A stretch of 40,145 nt of DNA from a virus. Position 1 is the stretch's first letter. Every line of letters starts with the position of its first letter. Where the stretch lies: IMG/VR virus record IMGVR_UViG_3300021509_000003; one strand, written 5' to 3'. The translations under genes and the position numbers were made by a program. A model generated the notes under the pieces. The model was not told where the DNA came from, did no database searches, and saw nothing but the letters and a program-made list of their open reading frames with translations. Below are positions 8,477 to 17,319 of the stretch, piece by piece.

Positions 8477-8949
8477 GTTCTTCTATCCTCCCTTATTTTT
8501 ATTTCCGCAGTCAGTAAATTCAGGAAAGTCGGATATTTTCGCAAGGTTAAATCTTCATCTACGCTAATGGTGCTGATTTCTTTAAAGAAAATAGGAGCCT
8601 CAACGGATTTAGAAATTTCCTGTCTAATTAACTGCCCTAAATGGTCTATCTCAAATTCTCCATTGTATTTTTTACCTTTGTCATCATTTTGGATATCGGT
8701 TTGAAAAATACACAGGAAAATAAAAATTTCATAATCAATTAGACGTTGCTCATTTTGTTCGTTCACTGTTCCTGTCTTCCATCCTAACAAGGCAAAAGGA
8801 CAATTTGATGTTTCAGGCAAATCATTTACATCTGCTCCTAAAAATACTTTTATGGGTTTGTTATAATAAAGTTGGCAAAAATCATCTATCAACTGGCTGT
8901 TTATTATTTGCGTTCTAATGTCATCTAAAATTTGTGTTATTCTTTTCAT
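8473..8949 (-). CDS. Hypothetical neck/tail-completion protein
   Basis: 158-aa ORF, 4-nt overlaps with both neighbours. Confidence 0.35.
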   Translation of the reverse strand: MKRITQILDDIRTQIINSQLIDDFCQLYYNKPIKVFLGADVNDLPETSNCPFALLGWKTGTVNEQNEQRLIDYEIFIFLCIFQTDIQNDDKGKKYNGEFEIDHLGQLIRQEISKSVEAPIFFKEISTISVDEDLTLRKYPTFLNLLTAEIKIREDRRT

Positions 8950-9281
8950 GTCCTGGGTCTTTCTCTCCTCTCACAGCTTAATTCCCAAATACCCATATTT
9001 TCTTTGCGGGCTAAAACTTCCCATTGCTTGGCCTGAGCATCTTCTATAAAATCATGGTTCTGTGGTTCGTTTAATCCAGCTTGGTCTAGGTCTTCTTTTT
9101 TTACCCAAATTTCAGCTTGTTCAGCAGTGGCAAGTTCTGCATCTGCATCTAATTCACGTTCAAAAATAACAGCAGTGAGAGATGTTGGAACACCGTCCCG
9201 AATATAAGAAACTGTTTGAGCTAATTCATTAGTATTAAAAAAAACAGCTATGTCTTGTTGTATTACATTTTGCAAACTCAT
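8946..9281 (-). CDS. Putative head-tail adaptor/connector protein
   Basis: 111-aa acidic ORF; call is by size and position only. Confidence 0.3.
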   Translation of the reverse strand: MSLQNVIQQDIAVFFNTNELAQTVSYIRDGVPTSLTAVIFERELDADAELATAEQAEIWVKKEDLDQAGLNEPQNHDFIEDAQAKQWEVLARKENMGIWELSCERRERPRT

Positions 9282-9562
9282 TGCCGTATCATAAAAAATA
9301 ATATCAAGTTAATTAAACCTCCGCCTGCTGTGCCTAAAAGAGCCGCTACAGCATAAACAATAGCTAGTCTTATCTCTACTTTCCGCAGACGTTTTTCTAT
9401 ATCGCCAATTTCATTTCTATTTTCTATAAAACGTACACTAGTATTTTCTAACTGCCCTTCTATCCGGCTAATTTTCACTATTAATTGCTCCTGGCCGTTC
9501 TTTAAATAACGAATATCCTCAGCTAATTGCTTGAGATAATCTTCAGAAAGATCCGGGGGCAT
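9278..9562 (-). CDS. XhlA-like small membrane protein (N-terminal coiled coil, C-terminal TM helix)
   Basis: Coiled-coil heptads then IVYAVAALLGTAGGGLINLILFFMI. ATG at 9560-9562; the track start at 9568 is a TTG two codons upstream. Confidence 0.45.
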   Translation of the reverse strand: MPPDLSEDYLKQLAEDIRYLKNGQEQLIVKISRIEGQLENTSVRFIENRNEIGDIEKRLRKVEIRLAIVYAVAALLGTAGGGLINLILFFMIRQ

Positions 9563-9583
9563 AAACAACCTCTCTTGCCTATC

Positions 9584-9637
9584 CCCGCCTGCCTGTCCCC
9601 GCCTGCCGTCGGGCAGGGGCAGACAGGCCTGCCTGTC
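9584..9637 (-). repeat. Composite GC-rich palindromic element between 9640-9999 and the next gene
   Basis: Contains cctgccgtcgggcagg (9602-9617) nested in a longer imperfect inverted repeat; same architecture as 36704-36752. Confidence 0.6.
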
Positions 9638-9639
9638 AG

Positions 9640-9999
9640 TTATGCCAGCATAACTTCTATCTCTGTAGTAGCACCAGCAGCTACTGTGCCCATTGCATAG
9701 CCAAAAAGAATGCCATTTGTAGCGTCTTTATTAATCTCGTCTCCATCTTTATATAGCTTATCCCAACGGGCAACGGCGCTATTGCCAGCGTCATCCTTTC
9801 CTGTAACATTCAATTTTACGACCACAGCATCACGGACAATTACTGTTGCCCCGCCATCATCATCTCTATCAGTCAAAGCAATTGCTGGAATTTCTGCTTT
9901 ATCTTCTCCTAATATAATAGGGTCTCCACTGTTCACACCTTCTGCAACAGAAGGTTCATAAAAAGTTGTGCCTTGTCCAAAGCTTATATTTTTTGCCAT
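9640..9999 (-). CDS. Putative capsid decoration/accessory head protein
   Basis: 119-aa Gly/Ala/Asp-rich ORF directly after the capsid gene, followed by a strong hairpin element. Confidence 0.3.
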   Translation of the reverse strand: MAKNISFGQGTTFYEPSVAEGVNSGDPIILGEDKAEIPAIALTDRDDDGGATVIVRDAVVVKLNVTGKDDAGNSAVARWDKLYKDGDEINKDATNGILFGYAMGTVAAGATTEIEVMLA

Positions 10000-10032
10000 T
10001 TTTTTATGCCTCCTTTTTCAATTTGTAAGGTT

Positions 10033-12390
10033 TTAAGCACCTGGATTCTTATATAAAGCTTTCCAGCTTATGGCTTTTGCGCCTGCTTCAATCCTTACCT
10101 TAAATTCTACGCCATCAACATGCCAGCCTTCCTTTTGTTCAAGAGTAGGGGCCTGTTTCCCATCCAGGAAGAAAATAGTTACAGTCTTTCCTTTTGGTCC
10201 AGCCACATACCAAGCAGTGCCAGCATCATCTAAGCGTCCATCACTAATAACCTTTAAGTTGTATTTACGAAGAATATTAGGTTTGGCCGATACTTTCCCA
10301 CCAGTAGTAGAAAAATCTACATATTGCATGCCAAGCAATTCTTCTACATCCATTCCATCTTCAATACGGACAATTATAAATTGTGGTCTAATGTGAAGTC
10401 TGCGTTTACCGCCAATGTCTTTTTGTTTAAGCATAGCTTTTATGGCTGCTTTAATGGTATCTGTGCTTGGGGCTGCCCCGGCGCCGGCTAAGTTACCATG
10501 ACTAGAATGAAAAAGTGCCACACCATCGCCCATAGTTGGGTTTGTGGTCAAAACTTTATACGCTAAATCGGCTATTTTTCGCCTGGCTGCTGCACCCATT
10601 TCCTTTGGGATTCCAGTTAAGGCATTTAAATCATCATTTATGATTGTTTGTCTTGTGATAGAGAAAAGCTTGCCATAGGTGGCAATTGAATACTTCTCTT
10701 GCTGTTCGCTAACCGTGCCATATTTGTATTCTGCCCCTTCTGGAATTTTATCCAGGTCATCAAATTCACCTGGGCGAACCAGTTTATTTTCTTTAAAATC
10801 GCTAACAGAACCTACACCGCACCATTCACGCCAAGTTTCTGGTTCTTCTTCAAAGCCCTGCATTAAGGCCTTGTTGGCTACATTTTGAAGGATAAGAGGA
10901 AAATCAGAGGAAGTGTGTGTAAAAGCACGTGCTACCATGTCCATTTTGCTTAAGCCTCTACATGGAATATTTGACCTGATAAGACACTCTCTAGCTATTT
11001 CTACCAGAGGACGGTTAGCAAAATCCTCAGCCCCGCTATCTTTAACCTCTTCAGCAGAGACAAAACCAACTCTTAAAAGCAATCCATTCTGAACGGCCCT
11101 ATTAAATTTATCTTTTTCATCCTTACCTGTTACAGGTTCACCAGTTTCCATCCTTCCAACTGGAGTATTTCTTTCAGCCAGTTTTTGAAGAATTAAATCT
11201 TTTGCCCTTTCCACGGTGTATTTTTGCTCAATCATCTCATCCATCAACTTCTCATCAATATTATGCATTTTGCAAAGAGACCTAATCTCCATTACTCGCT
11301 TGCGTTCTGCTTCTTCTCCTTTTTTCCTTGCTTCCTCTATCTCTTTTTGTATTTCTTCAGGATTTTTAATTTCTTCTTTTCTTTTTTCTTCTGCCATTGT
11401 TTTATCCTCCTTTTTATTTTCTTGTCCGACTGTTCGACCCACACCTACCGAGGCATCGGCAGGCACAGGAGTTAAAGAAAACTCAAAAACACTCCATCTT
11501 TGCGCTATGTATGCAGGCCCCTTAAATCCATTCCATTGCTCTTTTTCTTGCAGTTTGAGCCATTTATGAACTTGATATCCAACTGAAACGCCCCGTAATG
11601 TCTGATCTTTAATTTCTTGATATGCTTCCAGGGCCTTTTGTGTAGTGCCAAACTGAATTATGGCACGGCCTTTTTTGTCCTCTTCATCAAGCCAAATTTT
11701 TAAAGGTTTGGCCACTCTTTGATTTGGGTCATGATTTATCAAAATGCTGCCAACTTCTTTTATCGGTTTAAAATTAATAGCGTCTTTTGTATGAAGTAAG
11801 ATTTCTTTTCCATACCAGCGTTCTACTGGCTCTTCTGAGCTAAAGCTCACTTCTACAATGCGGTTTTCATCATCCAGGATGCCACGCATTTCACAAGGAA
11901 AAGTGCGCCGCATTCTGGCGTCAGTAGGAGGGAGGTCTCTTTCATCTTCACTAGTAGGAAGATATGAGTCAGCCTCAAAAGTATCTAGTTGTTTTTCAAC
12001 ATTTTTTTTAAGAGCTGGAGGTTCTTTCCCAAATTTTTCATAATATTTCACGATATGCTTATATACATCTTCTCTATCTTTATCTGGTATGTTTACTCCT
12101 TTCCTAGCCCCATTTAATACCTGCATAGCTAATCTAACGCCATGCCAAACAGCTTGTAATTCATCATTAATTACATCAGCAAATTTTAATTTATAACCTT
12201 GAAATTCTTGCTCATGTTCTGAATCATACCAAAAAAATGCCTTTCTAAATTTTTTCCAATCGATTTTATCTTTATCACCAGACCCATCGCTACTTGCCCA
12301 CTTCCGCACATTTTTTTCAGCTTCATCATGATGATATGGACGCTCTAAATCCTCACATATAGATAAATTAACAAATGGTGTTACCGGCAT
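10033..12390 (-). CDS. Fused prohead protease (HK97/S78-like) + coiled-coil scaffold + major capsid protein (HK97 fold, Mu gpT-like)
   Basis: Protease motifs INHD, LRGVSVGYQ, FEFSLTPVPADASVG; Glu/Lys-rich coiled coil in the middle; capsid-like motifs ALFHSSHGNL and RLHIRPQFIIV. One uninterrupted 785-aa frame with GGAGG RBS. Confidence 0.7.
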   Translation of the reverse strand: MPVTPFVNLSICEDLERPYHHDEAEKNVRKWASSDGSGDKDKIDWKKFRKAFFWYDSEHEQEFQGYKLKFADVINDELQAVWHGVRLAMQVLNGARKGVNIPDKDREDVYKHIVKYYEKFGKEPPALKKNVEKQLDTFEADSYLPTSEDERDLPPTDARMRRTFPCEMRGILDDENRIVEVSFSSEEPVERWYGKEILLHTKDAINFKPIKEVGSILINHDPNQRVAKPLKIWLDEEDKKGRAIIQFGTTQKALEAYQEIKDQTLRGVSVGYQVHKWLKLQEKEQWNGFKGPAYIAQRWSVFEFSLTPVPADASVGVGRTVGQENKKEDKTMAEEKRKEEIKNPEEIQKEIEEARKKGEEAERKRVMEIRSLCKMHNIDEKLMDEMIEQKYTVERAKDLILQKLAERNTPVGRMETGEPVTGKDEKDKFNRAVQNGLLLRVGFVSAEEVKDSGAEDFANRPLVEIARECLIRSNIPCRGLSKMDMVARAFTHTSSDFPLILQNVANKALMQGFEEEPETWREWCGVGSVSDFKENKLVRPGEFDDLDKIPEGAEYKYGTVSEQQEKYSIATYGKLFSITRQTIINDDLNALTGIPKEMGAAARRKIADLAYKVLTTNPTMGDGVALFHSSHGNLAGAGAAPSTDTIKAAIKAMLKQKDIGGKRRLHIRPQFIIVRIEDGMDVEELLGMQYVDFSTTGGKVSAKPNILRKYNLKVISDGRLDDAGTAWYVAGPKGKTVTIFFLDGKQAPTLEQKEGWHVDGVEFKVRIEAGAKAISWKALYKNPGA

Positions 12391-14174
12391 ATTATTCCCT
12401 CCCGCCTGCCTGTTTGCTCAACAGATAAGCCTACCTGCCTGTTCGGCAGATAGGTCTGTCCAATAGGCAAGCTATTTTTAGCCTTTTTTTCTTCTTGAGC
12501 CTTTGCCCAATTTTTGACCCATTGTTTGGCCTGGCTCACTGTCCATTTATCTTTATCAAAAATAAAAGAAATAATTTTTTTACAATCTATACAGTAACGG
12601 GCTTGTATTCCCTTTTTTTCACTGATTGTGATAGTGCGAATTTCATGACCTTTATGTTTTCCCTCTTCTCCAGGAACCGGCACATGAATTTTATTTTCTG
12701 TTACTTCAACTCGAGTTTGAATATCCTGAAATTTTACTTGCATTTGTGATATATCAGTGAGACCTAAATCATTTAAATATTGTTTTTCTTTTGCTCTTTG
12801 ATTGGCTATTTCTTGCCAATCTTTACCTTTAACAGCACATTCATCCGCCAAGCTAGTTAAACCAAGTTGCAGTTCTAACTTCTTTGCCTGAGCTTCTTTC
12901 AATGGGTCAACCCAATCAAAACCTTTGAAAATCCAGCGGTGTTTCAGCCAATTTTCAGGAGCCTTAATAAATCCCTGAACCTGCAAATAGCCGCTCACGA
13001 TGCCATATTTCACAAAGTCTTCCCAGATAGGTTGGAGAAAATATCTTTCAAGTGCTTTCCGGAATGGAAGCATATAATCCCGCAGTTCTAATTCACTATG
13101 CCGAGTAGAAGAATAATTTACATCTGATTTATCACCACTTATTTGTTCATATGAAAGATTTACGCCTCGGCCCATGCCCCGCAAAATAATTTTTACAAAA
13201 TCTGGGAAAGTGCTGCCTGGACGTTTAGGATTGATAACTTCTATTTCTTCTCCTGGGCCAAGATGTTCTACCATTCCAGGAGCTATCTCTATTTCTCTTT
13301 CTTTTGTTTCTGTATTTTGAGTGCTAGTTTGCATGCGTCCCCATATATCAGATGTCTTTATAATTATTCCAAAACAGGCAGCTACTTTGGCAGACATTAG
13401 TTCTGCTTCTAAAAGTTCTGAAAGGTGATAAGCGAGGGGAATAACAGGAGCTAAAAGTGGAATGCCCATCAATTGTCCAGGACGGCGAAAAGGAGAAAAG
13501 TGAATAATATCTTGGGCAGGAATGCGAATGGATTGTTGTTTCAAAATGAATGGATTAGAAATATCTACTTTCCAGAAATGATAAGCAACTATTTTACCTG
13601 TTTGGTCTATCTCAAAACCATTCCAGTTCCAATTATCCTTTTTAGGCGTGCCCATACCACATAAACGGCTATATTCCAGTGCTTCAAGACAAAAAGGGAA
13701 ATCTCTGGATTTATCTATAACTTTGTGGAAAAAAATGCCTCCATCTAAAAATAATTTTAAAATTGCCAGCCGTTCCAGGTCTCCAAAATGAAATTGGTCG
13801 TAATAATCGGCTACTCGTGCCCACTGTTTAAATACATTCTCAGCCTTAGAATTAAATTGTTCGTTATCTGTGAGAGCCTGTGGTGTGCTGCCTCCACCAA
13901 TCATGCGGTTAACAATCAGGTCGATACTGCCACGAACAAAAGATTCATTCCAATATAGATAATTGGCTCTAGCTCTGACTGTTTGCAGGTCTGAGAAATT
14001 ATCATTTGGACCTTCTGCGCTGGTAGTCCAATATGAAGACATGCGGTCTTTAGAAGCAGCTTTTAAATGCCTGCGAACTACTTTTTGAAGATATTCCCGC
14101 TTTGCCTTCCATTTTGGGAAAGCTGCCCAAAAAAAGGCGTCCAGGGCTTTTGAAATGGATTTTAAAATGTTCAT
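12381..14174 (-). CDS. Portal protein, lambda gpB family
   Basis: LSYEQISGDKS... and VKGKDWQEIANQRAKE align with lambda gpB VSYEQLSRNY... and KRGDDYQEIFAQQVRE. Follows a gpW-like gene with ATGA overlap. Confidence 0.85.
   Translation of the reverse strand: MNILKSISKALDAFFWAAFPKWKAKREYLQKVVRRHLKAASKDRMSSYWTTSAEGPNDNFSDLQTVRARANYLYWNESFVRGSIDLIVNRMIGGGSTPQALTDNEQFNSKAENVFKQWARVADYYDQFHFGDLERLAILKLFLDGGIFFHKVIDKSRDFPFCLEALEYSRLCGMGTPKKDNWNWNGFEIDQTGKIVAYHFWKVDISNPFILKQQSIRIPAQDIIHFSPFRRPGQLMGIPLLAPVIPLAYHLSELLEAELMSAKVAACFGIIIKTSDIWGRMQTSTQNTETKEREIEIAPGMVEHLGPGEEIEVINPKRPGSTFPDFVKIILRGMGRGVNLSYEQISGDKSDVNYSSTRHSELELRDYMLPFRKALERYFLQPIWEDFVKYGIVSGYLQVQGFIKAPENWLKHRWIFKGFDWVDPLKEAQAKKLELQLGLTSLADECAVKGKDWQEIANQRAKEKQYLNDLGLTDISQMQVKFQDIQTRVEVTENKIHVPVPGEEGKHKGHEIRTITISEKKGIQARYCIDCKKIISFIFDKDKWTVSQAKQWVKNWAKAQEEKKAKNSLPIGQTYLPNRQVGLSVEQTGRREGIICR
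12401..12460 (-). repeat. GC-rich palindromic element at the portal/capsid junction
   Basis: gcctgcctgtt (12404-12414) and cctgcctgttcggcag (12434-12449); lies in the 3' tail of the portal ORF and upstream of the capsid RBS. Confidence 0.55.
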
Positions 14175-14392
14175 AATGATGGAGAATATTTGGAAAATGT
14201 TCTTGTCTTATAATTCAAGAGCATGCGGTCATATTGTGCTTGCAACTGACGCCGTTCAGCATACAGAACCGCAAGGTCCGCTTTTCTGACTCGCCTGTCG
14301 CCTAAATCGTATGATTGAGCGCCATTTTCAATAGCTTCTATAGCTGCCTCAACAGCCTCTAGGCGCTCCTGAACGGTTTTGATATTTGCCAT
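14171..14392 (-). CDS. gpW-like head-tail joining protein
   Basis: 73-aa protein with the helical ERLEAVEAAIEAIENG...GDRRVRKADLAVL pattern of lambda gpW, directly upstream of the portal as in lambda. Confidence 0.5.
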   Translation of the reverse strand: MANIKTVQERLEAVEAAIEAIENGAQSYDLGDRRVRKADLAVLYAERRQLQAQYDRMLLNYKTRTFSKYSPSL

Positions 14393-14412
14393 ATTTTATA
14401 TATGGCAAAAAA

Positions 14413-14470
14413 AGGCAGAAAATACCCGCAAAAAATGCAAACTTTTTAAAAAATGCAGAAAATGCAAAAA
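14413..14470 (-). promoter_or_regulatory. A-tract plus TGCA repeat cluster upstream of the gpW-like gene
   Basis: AAAATGCA-like motif at about 14415, 14432, 14450 and 14459; reads as phased TTTGCATTTT on the minus strand. No SD in front of the ATG. Confidence 0.35.
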
Positions 14471-14481
14471 AAGAAAACTAA

Positions 14482-14802
14482 TTATTGGTTGCCGGTTGGT
14501 AGGTGAGAACAAGTATAAAAGGCAAAAATAGTATATTGCTTCCAGCGTTTTAAATCAGGATTGGCAGCAAGAGCATCAATAAGAGCTTGCATTTCACTTT
14601 CATTTTCCATTTCATCGTAAATATGCTCCCAAATAATTCCCTGTTCTGTTTTTCTTTTTTGGAGAGATAAAACAAGGGTCTGCCCCTGATAAATGTCATA
14701 TTTCATAACATCTTTATTAATATACATAGGTTTTAAATTTTGCAAGATTAATTTATTTATAAACTCATCATCAGGACATAATTCCTTTTTTTTATAGATC
14801 AT
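14482..14802 (-). CDS. Hypothetical protein
   Basis: 106-aa ORF in the small-gene island between large terminase and gpW. Confidence 0.4.
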   Translation of the reverse strand: MIYKKKELCPDDEFINKLILQNLKPMYINKDVMKYDIYQGQTLVLSLQKRKTEQGIIWEHIYDEMENESEMQALIDALAANPDLKRWKQYTIFAFYTCSHLPTGNQ

Positions 14803-14816
14803 ATTTCTTCACCAAT

Positions 14817-15035
14817 TTACTTATCTTCTATCTTCTCTATCTCACTTAACAATAAATAATATTTATCCCCATTTTGTAGTTGCACTTTTACTTGCTTAGG
14901 TCTTTCATTGGTATATGTTGATATTATTATGGCTTGTTGTCCACATATCTCAAGTCCTTTGGTATAAAAATTTGCCAAAATTCTTACCTTATCACCTACT
15001 CGTGGAAATTCTTGCAACTTTAGCTTTTCACTCAT
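14817..15035 (-). CDS. Hypothetical small protein
   Basis: 72-aa ORF. Confidence 0.4.
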   Translation of the reverse strand: MSEKLKLQEFPRVGDKVRILANFYTKGLEICGQQAIIISTYTNERPKQVKVQLQNGDKYYLLLSEIEKIEDK

Positions 15036-15044
15036 TATATTTCC

Positions 15045-15278
15045 TTACCACTTAAATGCATTTTCTATTATTCTCACTCTTGTCAGCAGTTTAGAATAAT
15101 CCTCTTTAAACAAATCTACTGCCTCTTGACTCATTAGGAAGCGATTTAATCTTTCTACATCTTCTAATCTAATAGAGCTACGCACAAGACTAATGGTTGA
15201 ATGAACCTGTCCTGCAATATGCAACCAATATTCTTTATCTGGATTTATTTTGTCTGCCGTTCTAGATTTAATGGACAT
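15045..15278 (-). CDS. Hypothetical small protein
   Basis: 77-aa ORF. Confidence 0.4.
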   Translation of the reverse strand: MSIKSRTADKINPDKEYWLHIAGQVHSTISLVRSSIRLEDVERLNRFLMSQEAVDLFKEDYSKLLTRVRIIENAFKW

Positions 15279-15458
15279 TTATCCCTCTATATTTTGTTTT
15301 AAAAAATTTTCTAAGCTTTTTTTAACGACATATCTTCTTTTGCCGATGCGGATTTCTTGTATTTTCCCTGTATCAAGCCAATCGTAAATTGTCCTAACGC
15401 TTCGCTGTAATTGTCTAGCTGCAATGCTCACTTCTAATAGTTCACCATTTTTAAGCAT
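15279..15458 (-). CDS. Excisionase/MerR-like HTH DNA-binding protein
   Basis: LEVSIAARQLQRSVRTIYDWLDTGKIQEIRIGKRRYVVKKSLENFL is typical of Xis-type HTH domains. Trimmed to ATG at 15456-15458; the longer track ORF overlaps the terminase 3' end. Confidence 0.5.
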   Translation of the reverse strand: MLKNGELLEVSIAARQLQRSVRTIYDWLDTGKIQEIRIGKRRYVVKKSLENFLKQNIEG

Positions 15459-15475
15459 TTTAATAATCTCATCTA

Positions 15476-17317
15476 TTATCGAAGCCACCCTGGCCTCCTG
15501 GACAACCAAGAATTTTTTAAATGGCGTCTTTGTTGTTGAATTATCTGTTGTGTCTGTTGTGGTGGAGATTCTGTTATAATAGGTTGTAAATATCGCACTT
15601 GAAGATGGTCCGCAGCACAAAAAGCATATACAGAAGCGTCTAAATAGTGATTTTGAGTTGCTACTTGCACCCACTCCTCATAATACCGCAACCCTTTTCT
15701 AATTCTTCTCTTTTCCTCAGCTATTATTTGAGTTGCGTAATCCATACCAGTAGCTTTGTGTAAATTCCAACTGCCTGATTGTCCACTTTCTATTTGAAGT
15801 TTTCTATTGATAGCATCTTTATAATAATCGGTGTTAATCAGAATAAGGCGTAATCCGCCGGGAATAGGTTTATTTTTACCTGGATATTTATCAATAATGC
15901 TTTCACGAAAAGGCACGCCACTCGTTTTAGTGCTCATGCCTTTGATTGCATATACAATACCTCTCCCATTGCGGCGCACCCATTCATAAACTTCATCTGT
16001 GCGATGACCACCGCTGTCAATAAAAGCACGCATAATAGGAATAGTTTTATCGTCCAAACGGTAGGCAGAATAAAACAAAATAAGTTCAAGTTCTTCCCAA
16101 TTATGGGCGAATCCATATCTAATCATCCATGTGGTTAAATCTAAATCATTAGCCCAGGCATGGATGACATAATAAAAACCATCTTCTTGAGTATCTACCC
16201 CAGCAGTGAGAGCCACAGCTTGTGGTGGAACTACTCCAGGGTCAAGATTTCCTCGCAAGCATAAAATTTCTTCTTCTTTACGTTTTTCTATAACTTCTTT
16301 CCAAGGCTCTGCTAAACGACTATTTACAAAATCCATCAGAAGAGCTGGATCATCTTTTGCTTCCAAAAATTCAGCCGCAATTTCTCCCCAAGTAACAAAA
16401 GGAGAATATAAACCAGATAAATGAAATCCTACCTTCCTTCTTTTTGTTGATTTTTCTTCTACAATTTCCCATTTTCCTTGGGTCAACATTTCTTGTTTTT
16501 CACTTTCTTTTATATGCGCATGACATTTTTCACATTCATACCAGGCAATATCTCGAATAATTTCAGGGTCCTTCTCTTCTTTAGGCCACTTAATGTTTTG
16601 AAATTGCAAAAATTGGTATTCTCCACAATATGGACAGGGAACAGCATAACGATATATCACATTACAAGATTGTAATTGCCTCCAAATATTCCCTGTCTCA
16701 AGAGTAGGTGTACTCGTATAAATAATTTTTTTAAAACTTTTAGTATATGTGCTGGTTCTTTTTTTTGCTAAAGCAATTGGGTCGGCTTCTTTGCCAGAAA
16801 ATGGTGGATATTTATCTATTTCATCTAAGATTAGATAGCGTATAGGACGTGAAGATAAAACAGCCGGGGAATTTGACCAGCCTAAAAAAACTGTCATAGA
16901 TTGAAATTTCATTTCTAAAAGCTGGAAGTCAAAAGCGTTTGGAGTTTTCCTATCTCGCAGAACACTACAAGCATCTATACTTGGCTGTAATCTATTTCTA
17001 GAAAAACCCTCTGCTACATCTTGAGTAGGAAAGACAAAAAGAAGTGGACCAGGGTCTTGATGTATAACATATCCAATAAAATTAATTTCTGCTTCTGTTT
17101 TCCCTAATTGAGCAGCGGCGCAAAATACAATTTCTTCTACTTCTATATCGCAAAAAGTATCCATAATAGTACGTAAATATGGAGTTCTTTCTGTTCTCCA
17201 AGGACCTGGCTCTTTTGATGATCTAGGCACAAGCACACGATAGCGGTCAGCCCATTCACTTACTGTGATACCTTCAGGCAATTGAAGAACTCTTTTTTCT
17301 CGTTCAGTCAAATTCAT
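15476..17317 (-). CDS. Terminase large subunit, lambda gpA family
   Basis: Blocks shared with lambda gpA: VSEWAD, CPYCGEYQFLQF...YECEKCHAHI (gpA ACPHCGEEQYLKF...YLCEHNAC), LYSPFVTW (gpA YSPFTTW), LDASVYAFCAA (gpA LDCFVYALAA). Confidence 0.9.
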   Translation of the reverse strand: MNLTEREKRVLQLPEGITVSEWADRYRVLVPRSSKEPGPWRTERTPYLRTIMDTFCDIEVEEIVFCAAAQLGKTEAEINFIGYVIHQDPGPLLFVFPTQDVAEGFSRNRLQPSIDACSVLRDRKTPNAFDFQLLEMKFQSMTVFLGWSNSPAVLSSRPIRYLILDEIDKYPPFSGKEADPIALAKKRTSTYTKSFKKIIYTSTPTLETGNIWRQLQSCNVIYRYAVPCPYCGEYQFLQFQNIKWPKEEKDPEIIRDIAWYECEKCHAHIKESEKQEMLTQGKWEIVEEKSTKRRKVGFHLSGLYSPFVTWGEIAAEFLEAKDDPALLMDFVNSRLAEPWKEVIEKRKEEEILCLRGNLDPGVVPPQAVALTAGVDTQEDGFYYVIHAWANDLDLTTWMIRYGFAHNWEELELILFYSAYRLDDKTIPIMRAFIDSGGHRTDEVYEWVRRNGRGIVYAIKGMSTKTSGVPFRESIIDKYPGKNKPIPGGLRLILINTDYYKDAINRKLQIESGQSGSWNLHKATGMDYATQIIAEEKRRIRKGLRYYEEWVQVATQNHYLDASVYAFCAADHLQVRYLQPIITESPPQQTQQIIQQQRRHLKNSWLSRRPGWLR

Positions 17318-17319
17318 TT

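Noticed and set aside
14413-14470. CRISPR array or other regularly spaced repeat-spacer structure
   Set aside because: Repeats here and elsewhere (21304-21333, 26021-26087, 34697-34762) are short and either tandem or irregularly spaced; no repeat-spacer periodicity anywhere in the window.
15459-15674. Long N-terminal extension of the HTH ORF 15279-15674
   Set aside because: It overlaps the large terminase 3' end in another frame and is low-complexity; the HTH domain begins at the internal ATG at 15458.
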